64,000 bases of DNA from Promethearchaeota archaeon Loki_b32 (lineage in GTDB: Archaea > Asgardarchaeota > Lokiarchaeia > Sigyniarchaeales > SOKP01): positions 96,001 to 160,000 of the forward strand of contig NJBH01000001.1 in the NCBI GenBank assembly GCA_005223125.1, read 5' to 3'. Position numbers and translations under genes: made by a program. Positions within the stretch are counted from its first letter, which is position 1. Each line of letters opens with the position of its first letter. The notes under the pieces are model-generated. The model was not told where the DNA came from, made no database searches, and was given only the letters and a program-made list of their open reading frames with translations. Shown here piece by piece: positions 48,977-59,905 of the stretch.

Positions 48977-49211
48977 TTCCTTTATTAGGTAGGTGAAGAA
49001 TTCATAATAATATAAATAGAATGTGAGCTCTAGTTTTTCTATCTATTATTTTTTAACAAATTAAAAATAATAAAATCTCAGAACATATCATGAATGCAAA
49101 TCTGTAATAAGTTTTTATTTAACATATAAAAAGAAACTAGTTTCTATATTTATCTATAATTGGAAAGTATGGTTTTGAATCCTAGAATTATAAATTGATT
49201 TATAGTTTGAT

Positions 49212-49352
49212 TTAACTGTACTTTCCCTTCTTATATTTATCTTTTAGCCTTTTTCTGATCATTCTTACATAATCCGATCTATCAATGCACGCTTGAAGAT
49301 TTTCATCACAGCAATTCCAACTACGACATTCCGTATTATTAGAATTTCTCAT
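49212..49352 (-). CDS. Unannotated 46-aa small basic protein (paralogue A)
   Basis: MRNSNNTECRSWNCCDENLQACIDRSDYVRMIRKRLKDKYKKGKYS; aligns without gaps to 49521..49664. Confidence 0.55.
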   Translation of the reverse strand: MRNSNNTECRSWNCCDENLQACIDRSDYVRMIRKRLKDKYKKGKYS

Positions 49353-49520
49353 AATAAATCTTGTATTAATCATACATCTAATTAGGATTCAATAATTAAA
49401 AGAGAAAATGAATATAAGAAAGTAAGGGTTATGACTATAAAATGAATTAGATAATTTCTTTAAATTCTATAATGATAGAAAGAAAAAGAATTATAATACC
49501 TGAGTTCTAACACTAAATAT

Positions 49521-49664
49521 CTATTTTTGAAATTTTTTTTTTAGTTTTTCTTCTAATAACTTTTTTCGAACGGTTTTGACGTGATTATTCTTTTCAATAT
49601 TATGTTTCAATGATTTCTTATTGTAAGTCCAGCCATTCCGTTTACCATTTCCGTTTACTCCCAT
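49521..49664 (-). CDS. Unannotated 47-aa small basic protein (paralogue B)
   Basis: MGVNGNGKRNGWTYNKKSLKHNIEKNNHVKTVRKKLLEEKLKKKFQK, with a TATA-like element at ~49716-49728. Confidence 0.55.
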   Translation of the reverse strand: MGVNGNGKRNGWTYNKKSLKHNIEKNNHVKTVRKKLLEEKLKKKFQK

Positions 49665-49795
49665 AAGTGTCAAAACCAATGCAAATTTTATGTTTTATAG
49701 TTGTTATTAGACCCTTTATATATATAAAACTAATTAAAATCGACAAAATTCTTACGTGCTTCTACAGATTTGTAAGAAATACAAAGGTTTATATA

Positions 49796-51970
49796 TTAAT
49801 AAATTTGAATTTTTAGATGAAATTCTAAATGCTTCTCAAGTTTAATAACAGGAGTAATATTAATTCCCTGATAAATCTCTTTATAGCCCTCATCTGTATA
49901 AGTGTATGTAATTATCGGGAATTTTGTAATTTTAATTGAATCACTTTTACTTGAAATACCAATTTCAAAATTTAAATCATATATTTCGTCATAAGCTTTA
50001 AAATGAGAACCCATATATTGAAAAGGTTCTAATAATTTAGTATTTTCTTTATCCTTAAAATCCACCTGTTTGCTTTCCCAATGGAACTTATTTGGATCCC
50101 CATTAAAGAAGAAAGGTATATCCACTGCTATATTTAGATATTTAATTATACGGTCTAGGATTTTTTCATTTTCAGGAATCTCCTCGAAATTAATTCTTAA
50201 AATTACTTCAATTTCGTTTTCTTCGGCATATATATCTTTTGTAATTCGCACAGGATGTCTTTCAATAGAATCTGGATCTTTAATACTACCCATTTTTTCC
50301 ATTTCTATGATAGCAATTTTGCCTTCTTTTTCGCTACTTGTAACATTGAAGTTTTCATCAACAAAATCTCCAAACTCATAATATTGATCTGCTTGGATTT
50401 GTTCAAGTGTTACATCATTGTGAAGGATTCTAAGGCGTAATAGACTTCTTCTGAATCGATCAACTAAAACTTCCATTTTTTCAAGTTTCTTACTATCATG
50501 GTAAGCTTCTGGCCATCTTGTTAATGTATTTAACAAATTATATGATTTAGGTTTATAATCCAACTCGAAAATAGTTCCCCCATCGTTAGGATTAATATAA
50601 ACATTAAAAACATCAGATTCAATTATGTAGTCCGACTTGCTATCCTTATTAAAATCGATGGGTGTGACATAAATGTAGGTTTTCATTTTTGGATTAACTA
50701 AAGAATTGATATCATCTATTATTTTCTCAGCATTTATTAAATGAGTATAAACTGAAAATCGTAGAAATTGCAAATAAACACCTCCAAATAAGCCATGCCA
50801 GTAACAATCATTACATTGAGCTTTGTAAATCTCATCCCATGCTTCCGCTATTTTTTTTAATATCACAGAGATAAGTAGTTCGTTATCAATTTTAAGTAAA
50901 TTTTCTTCTGTACTTATAAGTTTATTTCTAACATGAATCATCTTCTTGTGCATATTATTAGATTCTGGATATTTTATCAAAAAATATCTCCAAAATCCAC
51001 CACGAAGAAATTGATAAGTCTCCTTCTTTTCCTCATCATCCTTTAGTGATTTTCTTATTTTCTTGAAATTTTTCCGAATATCTGTAGGTAAAACCCATTC
51101 TTCCATCTTATCATAACTAGCTGTTGGAAGATAAACTAAACTTTTTGCTGGAAATTGGTTCAGATACTCAGAAAGGGTTATAGATTTGATCCATGAATTG
51201 TTTTGTATTTGTTCGAAAAATGCTGGAATAAAGGGTTTACCTTCGTCTCCCTCTTCATGACCTTGACCCTCTACATAGCAGATTTGGTGTGTAGTTCCCC
51301 AAACACCCATTTTCTCAGCGTCAGATATGAATAAAACGCACCTATCACCTTTTTCATCCGCAGCTTTTTTCAAATAGTCGATTGACATATATGTGGGCTT
51401 CCAAGGGGTTAAGTACCTCAATTCTTCATTAATTGGAAATATTCTTAGTGTTTTTCCTTCATCCTCCGTAATATAGGAATAGAAAGTCTCTTGTTCAGTA
51501 ATCCCGGTGGATCTAAAATGATTATCATCTACGATAACATATTTTAAGCCAGCATCATTTAGGAAAGAAGGGTAATTTGGTTCCCATACCCTTTCTGATA
51601 ACCAAGCGCCCTTAACCTCAAGTCCAAATTCATTTTTTATTAAATCAGATAATTTTTTCATTTGAGCTATTTTATCACGATAAGGAATTATTGCAAATAT
51701 AGGTTCATAATAACCCCCTCCAATAATCTCTATTTGTCCTCTTTTTGCCATAACTTTCAATTTCTCTATAAAATCGGGTTTATTCTTTAAAAGCCATTCT
51801 AGTAAATTACCCGAAAAATGAAGTGTAAATTTAACATCTTCAAATTTAAAAATATTATCAATAAGGGGTTTATAGGATTTCTTATACACATCCTCAAATA
51901 CTCGAGAGAAATTGTCGACAGGTTGGTGGAAATGAAAGACATTTAAAAAGTTAATACTCTTTTGAGTCAT
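49796..51970 (-). CDS. GH57 family alpha-amylase / 4-alpha-glucanotransferase
   Basis: HFHQP, GGGYYEP, WLSERVW, DAEKMG, AQCNDCYWHG and a C-terminal beta domain. Confidence 0.9.
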   Translation of the reverse strand: MTQKSINFLNVFHFHQPVDNFSRVFEDVYKKSYKPLIDNIFKFEDVKFTLHFSGNLLEWLLKNKPDFIEKLKVMAKRGQIEIIGGGYYEPIFAIIPYRDKIAQMKKLSDLIKNEFGLEVKGAWLSERVWEPNYPSFLNDAGLKYVIVDDNHFRSTGITEQETFYSYITEDEGKTLRIFPINEELRYLTPWKPTYMSIDYLKKAADEKGDRCVLFISDAEKMGVWGTTHQICYVEGQGHEEGDEGKPFIPAFFEQIQNNSWIKSITLSEYLNQFPAKSLVYLPTASYDKMEEWVLPTDIRKNFKKIRKSLKDDEEKKETYQFLRGGFWRYFLIKYPESNNMHKKMIHVRNKLISTEENLLKIDNELLISVILKKIAEAWDEIYKAQCNDCYWHGLFGGVYLQFLRFSVYTHLINAEKIIDDINSLVNPKMKTYIYVTPIDFNKDSKSDYIIESDVFNVYINPNDGGTIFELDYKPKSYNLLNTLTRWPEAYHDSKKLEKMEVLVDRFRRSLLRLRILHNDVTLEQIQADQYYEFGDFVDENFNVTSSEKEGKIAIIEMEKMGSIKDPDSIERHPVRITKDIYAEENEIEVILRINFEEIPENEKILDRIIKYLNIAVDIPFFFNGDPNKFHWESKQVDFKDKENTKLLEPFQYMGSHFKAYDEIYDLNFEIGISSKSDSIKITKFPIITYTYTDEGYKEIYQGINITPVIKLEKHLEFHLKIQIY

Positions 51971-52061
51971 TTATAGGTACACTATTTTTATGGGATTAAA
52001 TATATGTAAAAATTTTTACTTATAAAAGATAACTAATTATATTATTGAAAATTGAAAATGA

Positions 52062-53792
52062 TTGAGTTTTATGATAAATTATTTTGATAAAAATGTGATT
52101 CAAGGAATCTCTAATTCCAACGAGTTTAAAGGATGGCTTCTCTCAAGAAGATGGTTCGGGGATAAATCAGCTTTGTCAAATTTGGAGTTTGATGTCATTC
52201 TTCAGTATTTTGAAATAATTGCTGAGAGAATTTTTCTCACAATAATTGAAGTCAAAACCTCTGATTACTCAAAAACTTATTTTCTTCCATTAATTTATTA
52301 CAGAAAAATTGAAGCAATTCTAGACTCCAGCGAAAAAACACATTCCAATATTGTAAATTTAACTGAAAATACATTCAGTAAAAAGCTAGCTATAACTATC
52401 GAAAATGAACAAAAAGTCATAACACTTAATTTACTGGAAGCTGAGTTTTGTCTTTTTTTCTGGAAAAAATTACTTTTTGATACGAGCATCTCAGAAAAAT
52501 ATCCCTCTCTGGAAATGGAATTATCACTCTATAACAAACAATTTGAAGATGAGGTTAATATGAGAAAAGTACAAAACTTAATAGAAGCAGGATTATACCC
52601 AGATCGATATGAACTTTCCATAAATCAATTGGGAAAAGGAAATACTACCAACATCTTGTTTTCGCTAAATATTTCGAATAAAAGAGTACCAGACCATAAA
52701 CCAATTTCTTATGTATTAAAATCTTATAAGGATTATTCTACAAGTATAGAACCCTCCATGTTATATGTTTTAGTTAAAAATAAATTTCCCAACACTCCGA
52801 AAATTTACGGAACAATTAAAGTACGTGATAAAGAAACTATTGGGATAATTGAGAGTGTTCCAAATATAGGAAATTTAGGTGATATTTATTGGAACGACCT
52901 TAATAATATGATAGATTCTGTATTTAAAGATATTAATAAAGATTACTCAAGATTTAGTGAAAAATCTAATATATCTCAATTAATTAAAGAGAACTGCATA
53001 AAAACAATTTCAGTTTCCTCCGAGATTGGGACATATATCAAGAAATTACATGAATCTTTAATTCTACCCGATCAAAAACAGTATAGTCTAGAATCAGTTG
53101 AAAGTAATGCATATCTCAAAAATTATACAGATGGATTGAATTCGATGATTTCAGATTTGTTAAGTCACATGACTAATCAACCAGAGAGTGCTTTTTTCAA
53201 CTTACCTAAAATAAGTTCAATCTTAGTAGATATTAAAGATGTTATTGAGAGGTTTCGTGCAGATTTTGAGAAACCAATTATTAATATTCAACCTGTTCAT
53301 CAAGATTTACATATGGAGCAAATTCTATATAATAAAATTGATGATCAATACAATTTTTATTTTATAGATTTTGAAGGTGACCCTCAACTTTCTTTAGAGG
53401 AGAAAAAAGGCAAATTTCCTATTGAAAAGGATTTAGCCTCATTTTTAAGGGCTCTTAGTTATATAAAATTCAACACATTACTTAGGTTTATTGATAAAAA
53501 CATTATTAATAAAGAGAAGTATGAAGTACCTGAAGAAATTCTTTACAATCTATTTTTTAGAAGGGCGGCTAGACCATTAAACAAAGTTTTAGATATCCTT
53601 CTCGATATTATTAACACATGGGAGTCTAAATTAATTGGAAAAATACTAAAAAATCTTAACGCAGATAATATCCTGATTACATATTTCTATATCGAAAGAG
53701 CACTTCATGAATTAAATTATGAAATTTTATTTCGACCGAATATGATCATCATTCCCATATTGGGGTTAAAAGAGATCATTGAAAAAAGTTGA
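52062..53792 (+). CDS. Maltokinase (Mak/Pep2)-like kinase
   Basis: N-cap WLLSRRWFGDK; aminoglycoside-kinase-type HQDLHMEQIL, IDFEGDP and KDLASFLRALSY; C-terminal E.ALHELNYE...RP....IP..G. Confidence 0.85.
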   Translation: MSFMINYFDKNVIQGISNSNEFKGWLLSRRWFGDKSALSNLEFDVILQYFEIIAERIFLTIIEVKTSDYSKTYFLPLIYYRKIEAILDSSEKTHSNIVNLTENTFSKKLAITIENEQKVITLNLLEAEFCLFFWKKLLFDTSISEKYPSLEMELSLYNKQFEDEVNMRKVQNLIEAGLYPDRYELSINQLGKGNTTNILFSLNISNKRVPDHKPISYVLKSYKDYSTSIEPSMLYVLVKNKFPNTPKIYGTIKVRDKETIGIIESVPNIGNLGDIYWNDLNNMIDSVFKDINKDYSRFSEKSNISQLIKENCIKTISVSSEIGTYIKKLHESLILPDQKQYSLESVESNAYLKNYTDGLNSMISDLLSHMTNQPESAFFNLPKISSILVDIKDVIERFRADFEKPIINIQPVHQDLHMEQILYNKIDDQYNFYFIDFEGDPQLSLEEKKGKFPIEKDLASFLRALSYIKFNTLLRFIDKNIINKEKYEVPEEILYNLFFRRAARPLNKVLDILLDIINTWESKLIGKILKNLNADNILITYFYIERALHELNYEILFRPNMIIIPILGLKEIIEKS

Positions 53793-53802
53793 AATTAATT
53801 TT

Positions 53803-54465
53803 TTATTCAGTGTCTTCTTCAGATAGTTTTGCAAATTCAAAGGAATAATGTGAAGAAGAGATCTCAATTGGTTGTACTTGCTTTTGATAAGCAGTTCTTA
53901 TTTTACTTTGATCTTGGATTTTAGATGTGACCCAATTTGCATCAAATTCACCTTGCTGGAAAAGTCTCCATATAAAGGCTTCAACAAACTTCTGCGATCC
54001 AAATTTCTTGTCTATTAAAACATAATTATTCTCATCAATAAAGTTACGAAAAAACCCTAGATTTTCACATAGATCTACTTTATAATAGATATCATCTAAT
54101 TTACCATTTATTCTTGCACAATCATTAATAAAACGAGCTAATTTATCTCCTAACCTAATTTGTTCATCTTCGTCCTCTTCCTTAATAAGTTTCCGTAAAT
54201 AACTTCTTTTAATCACAATAAAATCTCGATCATTTAATGATTGGAGTGACCCCTTCTGTTTCATTATATATTTTGATATTTCCAAATAATTTCTAATGAG
54301 ATCTGCTTTAGAGATACCCATTTTTCTGCGAACTTTATCAAGATTATTATTTAAATCTTCATCAATTCTAACAGTTATAACGCTTGTTGAATCTTTTAAT
54401 TTACTTCGTCTATCTGAAACCAATTTTCTTGAAATTGCTGACTTTTGAGTGGGATTTCGACTCAT
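53803..54465 (-). CDS. Ribbon-helix-helix (CopG-like) domain protein
   Basis: VITVRIDEDLNNNLDKVRRKMGISKADLIRNYL, followed by an uncharacterised domain. Confidence 0.8.
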   Translation of the reverse strand: MSRNPTQKSAISRKLVSDRRSKLKDSTSVITVRIDEDLNNNLDKVRRKMGISKADLIRNYLEISKYIMKQKGSLQSLNDRDFIVIKRSYLRKLIKEEDEDEQIRLGDKLARFINDCARINGKLDDIYYKVDLCENLGFFRNFIDENNYVLIDKKFGSQKFVEAFIWRLFQQGEFDANWVTSKIQDQSKIRTAYQKQVQPIEISSSHYSFEFAKLSEEDTE

Positions 54466-55266
54466 TTGTTATCTTTTCTTATCTTTTTATTTGTAATATT
54501 TGTATTAAATTAATTATTTAAGTAACATAAGTAACTTATAATTATAAATGATTGTATTTTACATTTTTATTCAAAAAAGATATGAAAGTAAATATTCATA
54601 TTATTGACATCTGTATTAAATATTACTTGAATATTGTTATAGATGTCTTGATTTAATCCTTTTTATATTAGCATCATTAGATATTCCGTTAATTTAAATT
54701 TAATATAAGATCTAAGGCTTAAAGAAATTTTATTATACATTCAAACGGCAAACATATTGATATATTTTTTAATAAGCTTCATATAAACTTTATGAGCAAT
54801 TTTTCTAATATTGAAATTGATTAGTATTTTTTGGAAATTAACAAAAAAGATAATAAAATCATAAAAATTCATGAAATTTTATCTTAATGGGAATTTCATG
54901 GTATTTTTAATAATTTTTAGTAATATTTTTATTATAAATAAGATTTGTACTTTAAATATATTTTGATTATATTGTAGATCTTATTTATATAATGATGAAT
55001 TATATTACCCTAAGTATGAAAATCATCCCAATTTCTGCAATTATGAAATCCTTGAAGTATTTAATTTTGTTAAAAGAACACTTCATTAAATAAACAATCC
55101 TAAATATAAAAACAAGTCATGCTAATTTTCAATATCAATTGTAAATATTGTAATAATATGTAATATAAAATTACAAAAGATACACGAGGTAAATATAAAT
55201 ACCGTCAAAAATATTGAGATAATGTATATAACTATTAGAAATTTATTAAGGGTTGGATAAAAAGTC

Positions 55267-55590
55267 ATGGAAATTACACAAATTGGTATTTTAGAAGTCA
55301 ATTTACAAAATAAATCTGAATCAATAACTATAAAATCAGATGAGAAGATTGAAAAGATTGTAAAGGCCCTGTCCTCACGAACAAGGCGTCAAATTCTCCA
55401 TCACATTCAAGAAGAACCAATGGATGTTTCACATATTGCTGCTAGTTTACAAATGACTGAAGCCAATATATCCGCTCAAATTAAGAAACTTGAAGAAGCA
55501 GGACTAATTGATTGTTCTTATTCGTCTGGAAATCATGGGGTACGAAAAATCAGCCGGTTAAAATTCAATAAGCTTATAATAGAATTTTAA
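55267..55590 (+). CDS. ArsR-family transcriptional regulator
   Basis: KALSSRTRRQIL...DVSHIA..L......ISAQIKKLEEAGLI. Confidence 0.88.
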   Translation: MEITQIGILEVNLQNKSESITIKSDEKIEKIVKALSSRTRRQILHHIQEEPMDVSHIAASLQMTEANISAQIKKLEEAGLIDCSYSSGNHGVRKISRLKFNKLIIEF

Positions 55591-55688
55591 ACACTTTCAG
55601 ATTTAAAGAGTGGGCTTCTGATAGGGATCTAAATCTATTTCCATACTTTTTATTATGAAAAATAAAATAATTCAATTACCAATTTAAC

Positions 55689-57269
55689 TTAGTTGGTAAC
55701 TTTTACTGGTTTTGTTGTTTTTTTCACTATAGGAACAAGTTCTTTTTCTTTTCCAACAATTCTCGGTCTACTTGTAATTAAAGATTTATTTGCTTCTCCC
55801 TGTACCATATATTCTCTTAATTCATCAGAGATCATTGATGATGTCATACCCATTGAGTGAAGCATATCTAATCCGCTCACAATCACTGTTTTAGCAAATC
55901 GAGGTATATTTCGCATCATCCAATTGAATTTTCCAAACGGGTTAATGTATCTTTTTGCCATAAATTTAAGCCATCCATTAAGATAGTACGCAGAATACGC
56001 TTCACCAACTAATTGAAACATTTCATTATTGGTTAGTTGTTCTGTCCGCATCATAGGATGAAACAAATCATAATGCCTATAATCATTACTAGTAATCATA
56101 TTTTTCTCTGACATTTCATTATAAAAGTCAGTACCAGGAAAAGCTGTAATTGGTGTGAATTGAATACATGTTAGATTAAGAGATTTCGCAAATTGAATGT
56201 TTTGTCTCACCATTGTTTTAGTCTCTCCGGGATATCCAATGATTACCCCTCCAAAAATCGAGATTCCACGATCTTGAAGTAATGAGACGACCTTTCTAAC
56301 CATATCAGGAGTTGTATTTTGTTTATTCATCGCATCAAGGCTTTGTTGATGTACCGACTCGATACCAAGAAAAACCTGTCTCATACCTGCTTTATGCATT
56401 AAGTCAATTAACCAAGGATTTCGATATAACGAATCAGCTCGAGACTGACATGAAAAAAGCATTTTATTTGGAATTCCTGAACGAATCATAGTTTCAAGAA
56501 TCTCTTTAGTTCGCTTTATTTTAATAGTAAAATTATCTTCACAGAAAAAGATAAAATCATTTTTCCAATCAATGTCATAAATTTCTTGCATTATTCGCTT
56601 AGTTGATTTTGTTCGATAAGTTACACGACTATCAGAATTTCTCCACATTTTTATAATACAACAGAATTTACAATTATGTGGACATCCTCGCGAGGTTTCA
56701 AGTTGAGCAACTCTTGCACCTAAATAAATATATTTTTTATCGTCTAACAAATCTCTACGAGGCATAGGAAAATTATCTAAATTAGGCTCTAATTTTCTAT
56801 CCTTGTTATGAAGAACTTGTCCTTCTTTATTTTTAAATGAAATTCCGTCGATATTTCTTAATACTTTTTCATCTATATTTCCATCGAGATATTCTACAAG
56901 TTCGCGAAAAGTGTGTTCTCCCTCATTTCGAACTGTATAATCTATAGCAGGGTGTTTTGCTACAAATTCAGGAGCTAAAGTTGGCTGATATCCTCCAATT
57001 ATAGTTGTACAACCTTGTTCTTTTGCCATTTGAGCTACTTCAAATGCATGTGAGATTTGAGGTGTCATACTTGTGAGAGCTACTATGTCACTCTGATTCA
57101 ATAATGAACGAAATTTCTTTTCATTATATTTATGAACCTTAAAATCAAATAATTTGGCGTCATGTTCTGGAACCATCGCAGCAATTGAAATTAAATTTAA
57201 AGGAGGTCCTTTAATTATTGCATCAAGTCCAGAACTTAGTCGAGCAGGATTAACATATAAAATCTTCAA
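55689..57269 (-). CDS. Cobalamin-dependent radical SAM protein (class B)
   Basis: N-terminal B12-binding domain (PPLNL, IIGGYQPT, NEGE), then ETSRGCPHNCKFC and GIES. Confidence 0.92.
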   Translation of the reverse strand: MKILYVNPARLSSGLDAIIKGPPLNLISIAAMVPEHDAKLFDFKVHKYNEKKFRSLLNQSDIVALTSMTPQISHAFEVAQMAKEQGCTTIIGGYQPTLAPEFVAKHPAIDYTVRNEGEHTFRELVEYLDGNIDEKVLRNIDGISFKNKEGQVLHNKDRKLEPNLDNFPMPRRDLLDDKKYIYLGARVAQLETSRGCPHNCKFCCIIKMWRNSDSRVTYRTKSTKRIMQEIYDIDWKNDFIFFCEDNFTIKIKRTKEILETMIRSGIPNKMLFSCQSRADSLYRNPWLIDLMHKAGMRQVFLGIESVHQQSLDAMNKQNTTPDMVRKVVSLLQDRGISIFGGVIIGYPGETKTMVRQNIQFAKSLNLTCIQFTPITAFPGTDFYNEMSEKNMITSNDYRHYDLFHPMMRTEQLTNNEMFQLVGEAYSAYYLNGWLKFMAKRYINPFGKFNWMMRNIPRFAKTVIVSGLDMLHSMGMTSSMISDELREYMVQGEANKSLITSRPRIVGKEKELVPIVKKTTKPVKVTN

Positions 57270-57536
57270 AGTTCTATCTCTCTACCATATTAAAACCTTA
57301 TTGAATAAAAAAATTTAATCCTTATAAACTTTTTGTTGTATCTACATAGCTGTGAAAAATACAAAGAATGCTTAAAAACACAATACAGAAAAATAATATA
57401 GAGCTATTAAGTTGTAATTATAAACATTCTTTTCATAGCAGACAATTAAGTTTTTATAATTTTTAAGTAGGTATTGAAGCAATCTGATTTAACTATCAAA
57501 TATCTTAAAAATATAAGCGTCTAATAACATCATATT

Positions 57537-58676
57537 TTATTTAAAATAATCAATCAGAGTGTTTTTTATCATTTCAAAATGTCCTAAATGGGCTTTTGAA
57601 AGATCATCAAGAGTTTCTTTAATTCCCAGCTTCTCAATTCTAGTAGTTATTTTGTAATAAGGTGAGTCTTTCAATTTTTTTACTAAAGGTTTATTTTTCT
57701 CAATATCTTTTAATAAATATTCAATTGAATTGAGTTGGTGAGTATCCAGCATTCCTAAGATGATTGCCATTAACATTGTGTCAAATGTAATTCTTAAAAT
57801 TACTTCATGATCGAAATCCGATTTTATTGGAAATAAATAAGATTTAAGCATAGAGATTGACTCTTTAAAAAGTTCAAAAGCCTCATTACTAAGTTCTTTA
57901 ATCCTCTCATTATGAGAACGATTTTCTGATGCTCTCAAACATAATGCTGATACAGTTTGATATTCTGCAACAAAATGTATGAATCGAGCTTTAGTATTTA
58001 GATATGTATCTTTTGATTCTTCCTCATCTATCATAGTATCTAAATCATTTAAAGATTTTCGAAAATAGGTAGCAATATCATTGAATTTTTTAGCAGAAGC
58101 CTCGAAATCTTTCTTCGATAACAGGTTAAATGCCTGTTTTTCTTCTTGCTCATAAAGTTCATCGAATTTATTTATTTTCATAACTGCTTTTAATATCAAA
58201 CGTTTACCTACATCTTTCTTTATTCTAGATCGTTCAAAAGATTGCCCAGCTTTTAGGAGAAGTATTGAAGAAAGATTATTATACTCCTCAGGATCAGTTT
58301 GATATAAATAACCTGAGGCTTTTTCCCAAGATTCTCCAGCAGTCTCCCAATCATGCATATTAAATGAAATATTACCTAATTGAATTAATAATTTAGCAGA
58401 AACTTCGTATAATTTTAATTCTTCAGTCTTTCGAACAATAGATTTTAATCTATAAATAGCTTGAATATTATTCTTAAATCTCGAGATTATTTGAATAATT
58501 CTTATGTAAAGTTCATCTAATTTAATATAACTCCCAAGATCAAGATAGATTGACGCTGCTTTTTCATAAAAGTCAATAGCTTCTTTTCCTTTTCCACGAT
58601 CAGCAAGAGTTTCTGCTTGGTCTATTAATTTTATAGCTTCCAGCTCTTTCTCATCACTATAGCTACTATTACTCAT
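57537..58676 (-). CDS. All-helical TPR-like / SNAP-like protein
   Basis: AIDFYEKAASIY, AGESWEKAS, LLKAGQSFE and ASAKKF helical repeat motifs. Confidence 0.6.
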   Translation of the reverse strand: MSNSSYSDEKELEAIKLIDQAETLADRGKGKEAIDFYEKAASIYLDLGSYIKLDELYIRIIQIISRFKNNIQAIYRLKSIVRKTEELKLYEVSAKLLIQLGNISFNMHDWETAGESWEKASGYLYQTDPEEYNNLSSILLLKAGQSFERSRIKKDVGKRLILKAVMKINKFDELYEQEEKQAFNLLSKKDFEASAKKFNDIATYFRKSLNDLDTMIDEEESKDTYLNTKARFIHFVAEYQTVSALCLRASENRSHNERIKELSNEAFELFKESISMLKSYLFPIKSDFDHEVILRITFDTMLMAIILGMLDTHQLNSIEYLLKDIEKNKPLVKKLKDSPYYKITTRIEKLGIKETLDDLSKAHLGHFEMIKNTLIDYFK

Positions 58677-58845
58677 ATTTTTCTCCTTTTAGCTAAAAAT
58701 ATAGTAAAAAACGGATTCGTTTAATATTTCTATACAATTTGCATAGACTTAATTAAGATATTAAAACCTTAGTATTAATAGCTTTTTATCGATACTTTTT
58801 TAATTTCTATATCTCTTTATTAAAAATTACCATACTTTTTTATTT

Positions 58846-59730
58846 TTAAAATTGTTTAAAGAGCTTTATATTTCTACTTCTTATTATTTCTCTGAATTCT
58901 ACTGATTGATACGCTGAACTAAATGATTCTTTTGCATCTTCAATTGCTCCATAAAAAATGAAATTAGAAAACCAGGTTGCAATAAACATTATACTCGCTC
59001 GCCTATATCGTGTGTGGTATTTTATATTTAAACGTGGGGAAGAATATTGAAAAAGAAAAAGATTTGGTGCAGTACCAACAGGGAGTTTCAACGATGTACT
59101 AACCAATTGGTGCGTTTCAAGTATATGAGCTAGACTTTCTAAATTAACAACTCCCCCATCAATCCAAAGTTTTTCAACACCAATCTTTTTTAATCCCTCA
59201 ATTATACTCACATTATTAGGTTGGTTTTTCTCCGTAATATATGCATATCTTTGGGTCGATGTCATATTTTCCGAGCCGAGTATTAAAATTACAACAGATT
59301 TAAGCTTGTATCTTTGTATGATTTCAATTTCTTTTTTATTTTTTAGATTTGAAATTGTATTATATATGTATTGATCCGATTTGATTCCATTTTCTGTAAG
59401 ATATTCAATTCCGGCTACTCTTGATTCAAAATTTCCTCCTAGTACGAATGGAGGATTAAAGTGATCTAAATAAAATTCTAGATATCTGATCATTGATTTA
59501 GGTGTGGTTGCAGATATTTCTAATAAATTCGGAATTTTATATTTTTTTGATAATGATTGTTGTGTCTCAATGCGTTTCATAGCTTTTTGAGTGTTAAAAA
59601 TTTCGGGATTTTTCCTGTCTACAAGAGTTTCATTCTGATAAAAAATTGTACCAATTAGGAGGGGAGGTGAACTAAATTTTCCTCTTTCTAATTTTATATT
59701 CCCATAAGTATAATATTCAGAATCATCCAT
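58846..59730 (-). CDS. mtrH: MtrH-family pterin-binding methyltransferase (divergent)
   Basis: P.LIGTIFY, F...KA...I..Q, TP..M.RYLEF, IYNTI, LPVG and FYG.IE. Confidence 0.72.
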   Translation of the reverse strand: MDDSEYYTYGNIKLERGKFSSPPLLIGTIFYQNETLVDRKNPEIFNTQKAMKRIETQQSLSKKYKIPNLLEISATTPKSMIRYLEFYLDHFNPPFVLGGNFESRVAGIEYLTENGIKSDQYIYNTISNLKNKKEIEIIQRYKLKSVVILILGSENMTSTQRYAYITEKNQPNNVSIIEGLKKIGVEKLWIDGGVVNLESLAHILETHQLVSTSLKLPVGTAPNLFLFQYSSPRLNIKYHTRYRRASIMFIATWFSNFIFYGAIEDAKESFSSAYQSVEFREIIRSRNIKLFKQF

Positions 59731-59905
59731 TTTTTTAGATCAACTATTGATTATAAGAATTACAAACTATTTAATCTGCTTAATTTTTCAAGGGATAGAG
59801 ATATTTCTAAATTTTTCCTATGCAATTTAAAATAGGAATTAAAAGTTAGAAGACTATTAATTGTGTAAGAATTAAAAAATTCTACTAAATAAAGAAATTT
59901 AAAAG

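Noticed and set aside
54466-55266. Replication origin in the long AT-rich gap
   Set aside because: No ORB-like G-string repeats and no cdc6/orc1 gene nearby.
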